Shown: positions 40,093 to 48,368 of the stretch, in pieces
Position numbering within the stretch: position 1 is the stretch's first letter
Layout: every line of letters begins with the position of its first letter
From: Fimbriimonadales bacterium
Lineage (GTDB): Bacteria; Armatimonadota; Fimbriimonadia; Fimbriimonadales; ATM1
Direction of reading: 5' to 3'
Length of the DNA stretch: 64,000 nt
NCBI GenBank assembly: GCA_041744215.1
Contig: JBGTLG010000032.1
Location: forward strand, 50,309 to 114,308
Notes under the pieces: generated by a model
What the model was told of the DNA's origin: nothing
What the model saw: the letters and a program-made list of their open reading frames with translations, nothing else
Databases searched by the model: none
Made by a program: the position numbers and the translations under genes

Positions 40093-40902
40093 ATGAGAAC
40101 TATTTCAGTTACCAGCGGAAAAGGCGGAGTCGGAAAGTCCAACCTGTCTTCAAACATCGGCATCGCATTAGCAGAGAGAGGCAAACGCGTCGTGGTTTTC
40201 GATGCTGATCTTGGACTCGCAAATGTAGACGTCATTCTCGGAGCCCGCGCGCCATACACGCTGCAGCACGTGATCTCCGGTGAAAAATCGCTCGCGGAAG
40301 TTGTTACCAGCGGCCCGGGTGGAATCGGATTCGTTGCAGGAGGTTCTGGCGTCGAGTCTCTCATCAATCTCTCCGGTCCGCAGCTCGAGCGATTTCTTAT
40401 GGAGATCGAAGGGCTATCCACGGACACAGATGTTTTGATCTTTGATACCGGAGCAGGCGTCGACGAATCTGTCATGTCATTCTGCGAAGCGGCCGACGAA
40501 ACCATCGTCGTTGCTACGCCCGATCCTGCCAGCATTGCGGACGCATACGCGACCATCAAAACGCTGTACGCAAGAAAGCCAAACGCGAAGATTCACGTTG
40601 TGCTGAACATGGCGCCTTCATTCCACATCGGGGAATTGACATTTGATCGACTCAATACGGTCGCCCAGCAGTTCCTCAAGCGGCCGCTCAGCTTTCTTGG
40701 AAGTGTGCGACAGGACCCCACTGTTGTGGATTGCGTTAGACGCCGAAAGCCGTTCGTTGTCGAAGCTCCCAACTGCGCCGCTTCCGAGGACGTGAGGGCA
40801 ATCACACTGCGACTGCTTGGGCACGTTGTCGAGAAACCGAAGGAAGGATTGGGCGTGCGCCTGCGAAGCGTGTTCGGTCTCGGCCTCAAACGATCAGCTT
40901 AG
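40093..40902 (+). CDS. flhG: FlhG/FleN-like MinD-family ATPase
   Basis: TSGKGGVGKS, DADLGLANVD, DTGAG, TPDP.SIADAY..IK. Confidence 0.8.
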   Translation: MRTISVTSGKGGVGKSNLSSNIGIALAERGKRVVVFDADLGLANVDVILGARAPYTLQHVISGEKSLAEVVTSGPGGIGFVAGGSGVESLINLSGPQLERFLMEIEGLSTDTDVLIFDTGAGVDESVMSFCEAADETIVVATPDPASIADAYATIKTLYARKPNAKIHVVLNMAPSFHIGELTFDRLNTVAQQFLKRPLSFLGSVRQDPTVVDCVRRRKPFVVEAPNCAASEDVRAITLRLLGHVVEKPKEGLGVRLRSVFGLGLKRSA

Positions 40903-42020
40903 AGTGGGACCCGTTCATTCTTCCGCTTACGACAACGACACCTGAGTCCGATTAGCGCGATAGCTACAGCGCTCAGTGTCCCTGGTTCTGGCACGACCCA
41001 CATGACAGCTCTCGCGCCGCCATTCGGGCCAAGCTCCCTCGCATATCCGATGATGTTCCCCATTTCGTCAATCCCAAGTGCCACGGAGCGCTCGCCCTGG
41101 CCGTGAAACTGAGGAGGGAGGAATCGGTGCAAGTTAACGAAGGACTCCACTGTTCCCGACCACACGCCGGCGTGGTTTCCGACTCCGAAAACCGAGATTT
41201 GTCCGACCTGCTGAATTCCATTCGTTCCAAACAACTGTGAGCCCCCCGTTGGGAAAGGATGGAGGTCAATATAACTTTGCGGCGATCCAAACCAAATCGC
41301 GGCGTGGCTGATGTTATCCACGCCTGCATACCCAACCTGTTGGCCGTTTGCTACAGCGTATGCCCAACTTGCGTTGGAGCCCTGCGGATTGAGGTCAATG
41401 AAACTCTCCGGTGTGCCCTCCCAGAGTGCGGCGTGAAACGGCCCGCCGAAGCTGACGCCGCCCACTTGTTGCACGCCGTCGGTCGCGGTCGCATCGCTCA
41501 GACCCTGTGCGGGGACGGGGTGAAGATTCACAACGCTGCTCGCCGAACCCCTCCACAGCAGCGCGACAGATGGCCCCTGATCAGTGAATGTCCCGACGCC
41601 AACCTGGATGTCTCCTCCGATGCCATGGCCAACAGAGTGAAAGAACCCCGCAGGATGAAGATCCACGTAGTTCTCGGCAGCGCCGAACCACATCACGGCC
41701 CGCGACCGGTAAGGGTTTTCTCGCTCGACGTATCCGATTTGCCTTCCGGCGTTGGCGCCCATAGCGTAAGAATTGTGAAATCCCGCCGGGTGCAGGTCGA
41801 TGAGACTTTCAGCTGAACCCGACCACAGGAGCGCATGACTCGGCCCCGTCAGACCGATGTTGGAATGTCCAACCTGTTGCCCCCCCCCGATTCCCCAACC
41901 GTATGAAACGGAAAATGGCACACCGGGGCCGTGAAGTACGACGGCATTGTATCCGATGGCGTATGCGTGAAGCGCCAGCAGAGCGAGTGTGACAGCAGTC
42001 TTCCGTCGTGACTGAATCAT
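40899..42020 (-). CDS. PEP-CTERM sorting domain protein with tandem propeller repeats
   Basis: GAAAGGAG RBS before ATG42020; ~7 repeats G.QVG...HA.LW.G..ES.IDLHP; C-terminal VPEP + TM + basic tail. Confidence 0.88.
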   Translation of the reverse strand: MIQSRRKTAVTLALLALHAYAIGYNAVVLHGPGVPFSVSYGWGIGGGQQVGHSNIGLTGPSHALLWSGSAESLIDLHPAGFHNSYAMGANAGRQIGYVERENPYRSRAVMWFGAAENYVDLHPAGFFHSVGHGIGGDIQVGVGTFTDQGPSVALLWRGSASSVVNLHPVPAQGLSDATATDGVQQVGGVSFGGPFHAALWEGTPESFIDLNPQGSNASWAYAVANGQQVGYAGVDNISHAAIWFGSPQSYIDLHPFPTGGSQLFGTNGIQQVGQISVFGVGNHAGVWSGTVESFVNLHRFLPPQFHGQGERSVALGIDEMGNIIGYARELGPNGGARAVMWVVPEPGTLSAVAIALIGLRCRCRKRKNERVPL

Positions 42021-42054
42021 CTGCGTTCTCCTTTCGAATATACGGCAAAGCGGC

Positions 42055-42084
42055 TTCCCCGGGCAAGTTTTCTTGCCCGGGGAA
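42055..42084. terminator. Intergenic stem-loop
   Basis: TTCCCCGGGCAAG-tttt-CTTGCCCGGGGAA perfect 13-bp stem, no strong U-tract. Confidence 0.55.
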
Positions 42085-42097
42085 CTGCCAGGTTTGG

Positions 42098-43642
42098 TCA
42101 TTGGATTCTCATGTACCTCGCCATCGAGACCCGTCCGGCCACGATGAAGAGCATGTAGTCGCCGGGAGGGGCGACTCCCGCGTTCTTCGGCGTGTACACC
42201 TCGATCGTGTCGTCGGTGCGATTCAGAATGGTCATTCGGATGAATCTCTGATTCATGTCGAGTCCGTGGGTCGTCGCTCCCAATCGGACCAACGTGACCT
42301 GGTCCACGATTTGGGCTGCCTTCGTTTGGACAATCAGTGTGCTGTCGTACTCCATCGTCAAAGTCGGGGTGGTTCCGTCAATGTGCAGGGGCTCAGAGCC
42401 CAAAAACATAAAGTAGTACGGCATCAAGAGCTGTGCGCTATCTTGGCCTTCTCCACCCCCAGTTAGGACGGCGGCGGTCGGCAGAAGGAGCGCCTTGGAG
42501 TGATACACCCGTGGCCGCGCCATCTCGACGGTCTCTCCAAACCAAGTGTCGGTTTCGACGTCATAGAACTCGGCAGTCATGACGGGTTCGTTTTCCCACC
42601 ATGTGCTCCCGGGCCCGTTGACGCCAGCGCCGCCGAGGGCGGCGATCCTTCCGTCGGGAAGGGCGACCAGGTTACACTCCGCGCGAGCGCGCATCATGTC
42701 GGCGGTGGCGGTCCATTGCGCTTGTTCTCCATCGTTCAGGTTGATCTTCGCGCCCTTCTTGGTTGCGACCATCGTGTTGTCGGGATCTGGGCCTCCAAAC
42801 TTGAACACGTAGCCCGCATGGAGTGGATGCGTCTGAGGAATCCACATCACCGCGCCGCTGCCGTACAGGGGATGTGCGTTCCCAAATGGAGACCACTCGG
42901 CGGCGGACCCGGACGGTGGAACCTTCAGCGCATGTGTTTGCCAGGCAGCTTGCCCGGATATCCTCAGTCTCTTCCCCGCATAGAACACCTTCTCCGTGTT
43001 CGGGTCTTGCGGATCGCAGAATGTGAACATGAACGGATACAGCGGAAGCTGTAACAGCGGCGTGGGTTGCAACAGAGTCCATGCATTCGGCTGCCAGACT
43101 TCCGGCTCATCAACCTCTTCGCCCTGTATCTCCCTACGGTGCCCGCCAGTTGACAGCATCCGCCCATCGCGCAGTAGTGTTGGGGTTGGATACCAGCGGG
43201 GCTCGTGCATGTCGGCTTGTCTTGACCAAGACAGACTCGAATAGTCGAACCGATACACGTCCTTGATTCCCATGTGATGTTCTGTGGGGTGCCAAGCGTC
43301 GCCGCCGATCACGAGCGCGCTACCGTCGGATAGGAGCGCATGACCGCTGCAGAATAGCGCCGCGTTCACTCGGAACTGTCCCTCCTGGGACTCCGTATGA
43401 AACTGTCCGGTGAAGGCGTTATATACGTGCGCTTGGGTGAAGGGGTCACCACGGGTTCCCCCTGGCACGCCGAAGATCAGGATGTTCCCTCCGCGCAGGT
43501 GGATCATGTGGATCGCCTGCACGTTCGGCCACGTGCCCGAACCTTCGTCGAGTAGGGGGCCCCAGTACGAGAGCCCCTGCGCCGCAAGCGGCGAGACGAG
43601 AAGCAGCCCGCCCACGGCGGCTGCACCGATTTTCATTTTCAT
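42098..43642 (-). CDS. Secreted copper radical oxidase (galactose/glyoxal oxidase family, AA5-like) with DUF1929 C-terminus
   Basis: LFCSGH (Cys), RWYPT (Tyr), RVYHS (Tyr-His), TTHG..MNQR (His), APPG.YMLF; kelch repeats. Confidence 0.88.
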   Translation of the reverse strand: MKMKIGAAAVGGLLLVSPLAAQGLSYWGPLLDEGSGTWPNVQAIHMIHLRGGNILIFGVPGGTRGDPFTQAHVYNAFTGQFHTESQEGQFRVNAALFCSGHALLSDGSALVIGGDAWHPTEHHMGIKDVYRFDYSSLSWSRQADMHEPRWYPTPTLLRDGRMLSTGGHRREIQGEEVDEPEVWQPNAWTLLQPTPLLQLPLYPFMFTFCDPQDPNTEKVFYAGKRLRISGQAAWQTHALKVPPSGSAAEWSPFGNAHPLYGSGAVMWIPQTHPLHAGYVFKFGGPDPDNTMVATKKGAKINLNDGEQAQWTATADMMRARAECNLVALPDGRIAALGGAGVNGPGSTWWENEPVMTAEFYDVETDTWFGETVEMARPRVYHSKALLLPTAAVLTGGGEGQDSAQLLMPYYFMFLGSEPLHIDGTTPTLTMEYDSTLIVQTKAAQIVDQVTLVRLGATTHGLDMNQRFIRMTILNRTDDTIEVYTPKNAGVAPPGDYMLFIVAGRVSMARYMRIQ

Positions 43643-43822
43643 GTCTTTCCTCCAAGTTCTTTGCTTCGCGCGATCAGGTCCTCCTTTGTTCGGCCGAGCC
43701 CCAAAAGACCCAGTGGTCTTAAGAACGGAATGCGTAAGTCCTGCGTTCCCGAATCGACGCGAATCGTAAGGCTGCTTCCGCGCCGCTCCACAACCAAGTT
43801 GTGCGGCTCCACATTGCGTACC

Positions 43823-44449
43823 TCAACTTAAATATCGGTCACTCGCACGCTCTTCCAGTTTCCGTTGAAACTCCGAGACGTGCCTGCGCGCGACATCGAG
43901 AAACTTCTCGTAATCCACTTGCGCGGCTTCATACTCCGATCGCAACGCATCCAATCGCCGCCGCATCTCTTCGAGTGTAATCGCTGCGCGAGACTCCGCA
44001 TCTGACTGAATCCGCTCTGCATTCGCTCGGGCCTCTCCGAGCATCCGATCCGACGTCTCCTGTGCCGCGCGAAGGATTGGGTCTGCCGAATGCTTCTCTT
44101 GATCGAGCTGTTCAAGGCGTGCGGTCTTCTCGCGCGATTCCGTCTCCGCTCGTGCAACCCTCTCGCTCAGCAATCCTATCTCCGCGAGCAGGTTGTCCCG
44201 CTCGGCTTGAATCTTGTCGAGCTCGCCAACCCGGGCCTCGGTCTTAGTGAGGCTCTCTTCCATCGCGGCCGCGGTGGCGGCTAAATCGTCTCGCTCCGCA
44301 CGCACCTGACGCAGATCCTCTTGCAGCTGCGCGACTTCCTTGGCCACCTGGTTGAGAAAGGCATCAACCTCCTCGCGAGTGTATCCGCGAAAGGACGTGT
44401 TGAAGAGCGGCCGCTTGGCCGCCCCGGAATCGCCGATGTTGTTTGCCAT
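43823..44449 (-). CDS. DivIVA domain coiled-coil protein
   Basis: F..SFRGY..EEVDAFL.QV motif followed by coiled coil. Confidence 0.85.
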   Translation of the reverse strand: MANNIGDSGAAKRPLFNTSFRGYTREEVDAFLNQVAKEVAQLQEDLRQVRAERDDLAATAAAMEESLTKTEARVGELDKIQAERDNLLAEIGLLSERVARAETESREKTARLEQLDQEKHSADPILRAAQETSDRMLGEARANAERIQSDAESRAAITLEEMRRRLDALRSEYEAAQVDYEKFLDVARRHVSEFQRKLEERASDRYLS

Positions 44450-44509
44450 TTCGGTTCCCCTTTGCGGGGTTTCTATGGCGATGGGAGCAGGATTCGTGCC
44501 AATCGAGGA

Positions 44510-45217
44510 TTAGTTCTCTGGTACCAGGATCGGGACCGACCGGATTCGCTTTTCGAGCATCCTCGCGATCTTCTCTACAAACTTGGCGTCGATTCCCTCC
44601 GAGCCCATCAAGAAGACTCTTACGTCACACCTCCCAAGTACGAAACGCAATGTGACTCTTGTGGGCTCCGCATTAAACCAGTGGATTGCGCCGATCGTTT
44701 CTCCTGAGGGAAGAGGAGTTCCCGGCACGATCCGGCCCGCGGCCATGCTGCGTCTGCGCTTTGCATCGGATAGCGCGGATTCGTGATCAGGACGAATTTG
44801 AATCCCAAAGTTGAGTTCGCGAACCGGAATCATGCGTTCTTCTCCAGACTCACTGTCCGAAGAAACAGTCCTGACTTCGTTCGACCGGAACGATTGCCCG
44901 AGAAGGGTGACGCGATTTCCAATTGTAACACCAGTATGGGCTCCCGGGATGGCATCACCCAAGCTTTCAGCAGCTCTTCCAATGTAAGTCACGTAGCCTT
45001 CCAGTTCCTCAACGGGAACTAACAGCTTCAGCACGATCTGTCGAGTTATGTCGGTCTCCTTCGGCTCAATGACTTCGGAGTATCGTACTCCATACCAAGG
45101 GGACTTCGTTTCCAAAAACTTCACACCGTCAGACACGCGCTCAACGAGCGCATTGCGCGGCGGAAGCGCGACTTGCGCCGATTGTCCCATAATCGCAATG
45201 AGTGAAATTATTAGCAT
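44510..45217 (-). CDS. Hypothetical secreted protein
   Basis: 235-aa ORF, short hydrophobic N-terminus, GGAG RBS, 13 nt after upstream gene. Confidence 0.65.
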   Translation of the reverse strand: MLIISLIAIMGQSAQVALPPRNALVERVSDGVKFLETKSPWYGVRYSEVIEPKETDITRQIVLKLLVPVEELEGYVTYIGRAAESLGDAIPGAHTGVTIGNRVTLLGQSFRSNEVRTVSSDSESGEERMIPVRELNFGIQIRPDHESALSDAKRRRSMAAGRIVPGTPLPSGETIGAIHWFNAEPTRVTLRFVLGRCDVRVFLMGSEGIDAKFVEKIARMLEKRIRSVPILVPEN

Positions 45218-45230
45218 GATCTTGATTCTC

Positions 45231-46430
45231 CTACATGTACTCCGAGATTTCGCTGGCTTTCAATATCATGGTTAGACCTCCGGTCGGGTGTGGGCTCCAC
45301 GGATCACCCGACCCAGGCCAAACAGCTTGCCAAACTTCTTCTTCAAGATACTTCTCAAAGAAGTAGACGAGTCGAGACTTGTACGTTCCGGTCACACTCC
45401 AATCGATGGCAATTCCCGGAGACTCGCCAAAGTGCATTGAACCGTCCCAAACATTCCCGGCATAAACTGCAAATTGATGATAGTTGAAATCTTCATTCGC
45501 ATGACCCTCGGTTTCATCATCCCAAGGTGCTCTGAAAACCGGCTTTGTCACGATTCTCCATCTGGGCCATCCGGAAGAGTGCGGTTGATACATTGCTTGC
45601 GCAAGCGAATACGTTCTTTGGGCTTTCATCGGATACCCGCCGACAGAAGTGTTCAAGCAAACAAGAAAGTCAGCGAAGTCGTTGCATTGGCCCTTTAAAG
45701 GCACTTGATCAATTTGACCCTCGATGAACGACCGAAGAAAAAAGACTTCATCCGTCGTTGACAATTCGAACGATGCATCTACGGGCCAAGCGTACCATAC
45801 GTCTTCCGGATCATACACTCCATTTCGCAACAGTTTCTCTGTTAACTTCGCCGCCGCGCCGCTCGCTGTCATTTCCTCCCGGGCCCAAGTGCAGGATATG
45901 CGCAAGACATTCGCCCACGCTGGCGCCATGGGCGTTACCGGCGCATCTAATACGAAAAATGTTTCGGATGTGTAGTACCACCCGGTAGACATAAAGCCGG
46001 TTCCAGGAGGATCCTCGTTTGGCGTCGCCAGGATTATCATCGCTTTCAGCAGAGCCCGCTCGATGAAGTCGGGTGCCTCGTCCGGAAACCAGTGGGTGTC
46101 GTTGGGTCCATAGGCCTCATAGGTCGGACCCTCCCACCAGTACTGCGGCCCTCCCGCCAAGCTCTCCAACTCAGAAAAGTAAAGGTACCAATCCCCAGGC
46201 GTCGTCTCCTCCCACTCGATTTGAAGCCCCAATCGGCTCCCCATCTTGAAGCAGAGCGCTTCTCCCAGATATGGGCCCTCAATGACATCCTCGGCCGAGT
46301 CTTCGAGCCCGTGCCTGATCTGGTACCAGTCGCCACTCTGGCCTTCAACCACGATCTTCAGCCTAGGCGCCAGCCCTTGGGGAACCAGCACCAAGACCAG
46401 CAAGCCGATAAGGCTAAGCTTCTTCCACAC
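45231..46430 (-). CDS. Secreted protein with putative transglutaminase/papain-like Cys-His-Asp triad
   Basis: GGAGG RBS + GTG, signal peptide; GQCNDFA...FNYHQF...VWDG. Confidence 0.7.
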   Translation of the reverse strand: MWKKLSLIGLLVLVLVPQGLAPRLKIVVEGQSGDWYQIRHGLEDSAEDVIEGPYLGEALCFKMGSRLGLQIEWEETTPGDWYLYFSELESLAGGPQYWWEGPTYEAYGPNDTHWFPDEAPDFIERALLKAMIILATPNEDPPGTGFMSTGWYYTSETFFVLDAPVTPMAPAWANVLRISCTWAREEMTASGAAAKLTEKLLRNGVYDPEDVWYAWPVDASFELSTTDEVFFLRSFIEGQIDQVPLKGQCNDFADFLVCLNTSVGGYPMKAQRTYSLAQAMYQPHSSGWPRWRIVTKPVFRAPWDDETEGHANEDFNYHQFAVYAGNVWDGSMHFGESPGIAIDWSVTGTYKSRLVYFFEKYLEEEVWQAVWPGSGDPWSPHPTGGLTMILKASEISEYM

Positions 46431-46534
46431 TCTGTTCCTCCGAGTTACACCATCCTAACGAGTCCTTTCCGTTCTTGGTTCCCGGCACCGGAAGACGGAT
46501 AGATTTGTTCCTATGGTACAACCCACCTGGCCGC

Positions 46535-46622
46535 GGAGAGATGGCAGAGTGGTCGAATGCGGCGGTCTTGAAAACCGTTGGGTGTCAAAGCCCCGGGGGT
46601 TCGAATCCCTCTCTCTCCGCCA
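46535..46622 (+). tRNA. tRNA-Ser(UGA)
   Basis: GGAGAGA/TCTCTCC acceptor, CGGT-CTTGAAA-ACCG anticodon arm, long variable arm, GGTTCGAATCC, encoded CCA. Confidence 0.97.
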
Positions 46623-46633
46623 AAAAGCAACTC

Positions 46634-47260
46634 ATGGACGAGGGACACATCGGCGTAGACGAAAGCGGAAAGGGCGATTTTTTCGGCCCCTTGGTCATAG
46701 CAGCCTGCTATGTGGGCCCCGAACACCTCGCAGAACTCGAAGGCGTCCGCGATTCCAAAACGCTAACCGACAAAAAAGCGACCGACCTTTCACGCAACAT
46801 CCGCGCTGCCTGCCCGTTCGAAATCGTCTCCATCAACCCGAAAAAATACAACGAGCTCTATGAAAAGATGCGAAACCTCAACCGACTGCTCGCATGGGGA
46901 CACGCTCGTGCGATCGAAGAGGTTTTGAAAAAGCATGCTGCATCGCGAGTCGTCAGCGATCAGTTTGCCGATCCAAAAGGTCTAAAAAGCCGGCTCTTCG
47001 AACTCGGCAAAACCGTGGAACTCGAATCGCGGGTTCGTGCCGAATCAGACATCGCCGTCGCAGCGGCATCGATACTCGCCCGCGCAGAGTTCCTAAGAAG
47101 ACTCAAGATGCTGTCCGAAGAGTTTGCTATCGAATTGCCGAAAGGCGCCGGACCTCAAGTGATCGAAGCAGGGAAACGCTTCGTCGCGAAACACGGCGAA
47201 GATCAACTGATTGAAGTCGCGAAGCTTCACTTCAAAACGAAGCAAGCTGTGCTTGATTAG
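46634..47260 (+). CDS. rnhC: Ribonuclease HIII (catalytic domain only)
   Basis: IGVDESGKGDFFGPL, DSK.L.D, NLN.LLAWGH, DQF, VAAASILAR, LPKGA, AKLHFKT; the ORF track's upstream extension is the tRNA. Confidence 0.88.
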   Translation: MDEGHIGVDESGKGDFFGPLVIAACYVGPEHLAELEGVRDSKTLTDKKATDLSRNIRAACPFEIVSINPKKYNELYEKMRNLNRLLAWGHARAIEEVLKKHAASRVVSDQFADPKGLKSRLFELGKTVELESRVRAESDIAVAAASILARAEFLRRLKMLSEEFAIELPKGAGPQVIEAGKRFVAKHGEDQLIEVAKLHFKTKQAVLD

Positions 47261-48333
47261 ACCACCTTCCCCGTCCTAAAAACGTCCAACTCCGGTTCGA
47301 TGAATCGGAACACCGGATACTTGCCGTCTCCGAAGTTCAGCTCGATCATCGGCCGGATGATCTGCTCGTTCATCACACGCTCAGCGAGATCCTTGCGAAG
47401 CCCTCCGAGTTGCATCACCAGTACCTGCAAATGCACCTTTCCCAGTGCGAGCGATCCGACACGCCTCGAATCATCAGTGGTCAGCGTTTGCCCAAGGATT
47501 GCGCGAGCAATCTCGCGGTTGTGATAATCAATTGCGTCGAGATAAGCTGTCCGCGCTTCCCTTCCGCCTTCCAGCAACGAAACCTCGACGTCGTCTGGAT
47601 AGATCAATGCGGACTGTCGCTGCACTTTATCGAGGGCATCGAGCAGCGCGCCTTGCGCAGGTTCTGGTAAACCCCGCTTGTACTTTCCCGTAACCGTCGG
47701 CGACGCGAATTTTTCGAGGTGCCCGCTCCATTGCCGGATCAGTTCGCTCTTTATCTTCCAGTGTCGGTGCGCGGCCCGCAAGTCGGATTCGCCGGTCGGA
47801 CGACCATAGCGCTGGTTGTGCGCATAAATCACGAACTTGTCAGTTGGCAGCGCTCTCTCCTGTTCACCAGGCACATGAAGCGACAGCGATTTCACATTGA
47901 GAAACTCGTCCACCTCGAAGCCGAACAGCGCAGGGTCCTTCGGCTTTACCGCGTGAAGGAAGATCGCGCCTTTGTCTTCGATCAGCACCTTCTCCATCAC
48001 TGAGTACCCTTTAGTCAGCGCATCCATCGCGTTGAGCAAGATTCCGTCAACGCTCCCCTGCATGTTTGCAAACATCTTCTCGATAAACTTCGTTCTCGAA
48101 GAATCTTGCGGAACAAGCTCCCATGGCACCGCAAGCGCGCCAAGCTTCTTAACTGTGATTGCGCTCTTGATCAGAGGATCGCAGAGCATCTCTTCGTAGG
48201 CGTCGAGAGATATCCTCTGGCCAAAGACCGCGTTAGCCGCGCCCGGATAGGTAAGACCCGCCTTAACCGCGCGAGCGATCGCCGGTGCGTAGTCCTTCGG
48301 TTTCTTGCTTCGGAGTCTGCTGAAGAGTTTCAT
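47257..48333 (-). CDS. Phage portal protein (Mu gp29/DUF935-like)
   Basis: YEEML.D, MDAL.KGYS..E, KF..Y, P.G.S.LR, W...LEKF..P...GKY, N.EIARAILGQTLT, GS.ALG.VH. Confidence 0.85.
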   Translation of the reverse strand: MKLFSRLRSKKPKDYAPAIARAVKAGLTYPGAANAVFGQRISLDAYEEMLCDPLIKSAITVKKLGALAVPWELVPQDSSRTKFIEKMFANMQGSVDGILLNAMDALTKGYSVMEKVLIEDKGAIFLHAVKPKDPALFGFEVDEFLNVKSLSLHVPGEQERALPTDKFVIYAHNQRYGRPTGESDLRAAHRHWKIKSELIRQWSGHLEKFASPTVTGKYKRGLPEPAQGALLDALDKVQRQSALIYPDDVEVSLLEGGREARTAYLDAIDYHNREIARAILGQTLTTDDSRRVGSLALGKVHLQVLVMQLGGLRKDLAERVMNEQIIRPMIELNFGDGKYPVFRFIEPELDVFRTGKVV

Positions 48334-48368
48334 TCGAATCGCTTCTATGGTCGCGCCGTGCCGGTTTG

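Noticed and set aside
46475-46633. N-terminal extension of rnhC in the ORF track
   Set aside because: It is a translation through tRNA-Ser(UGA).
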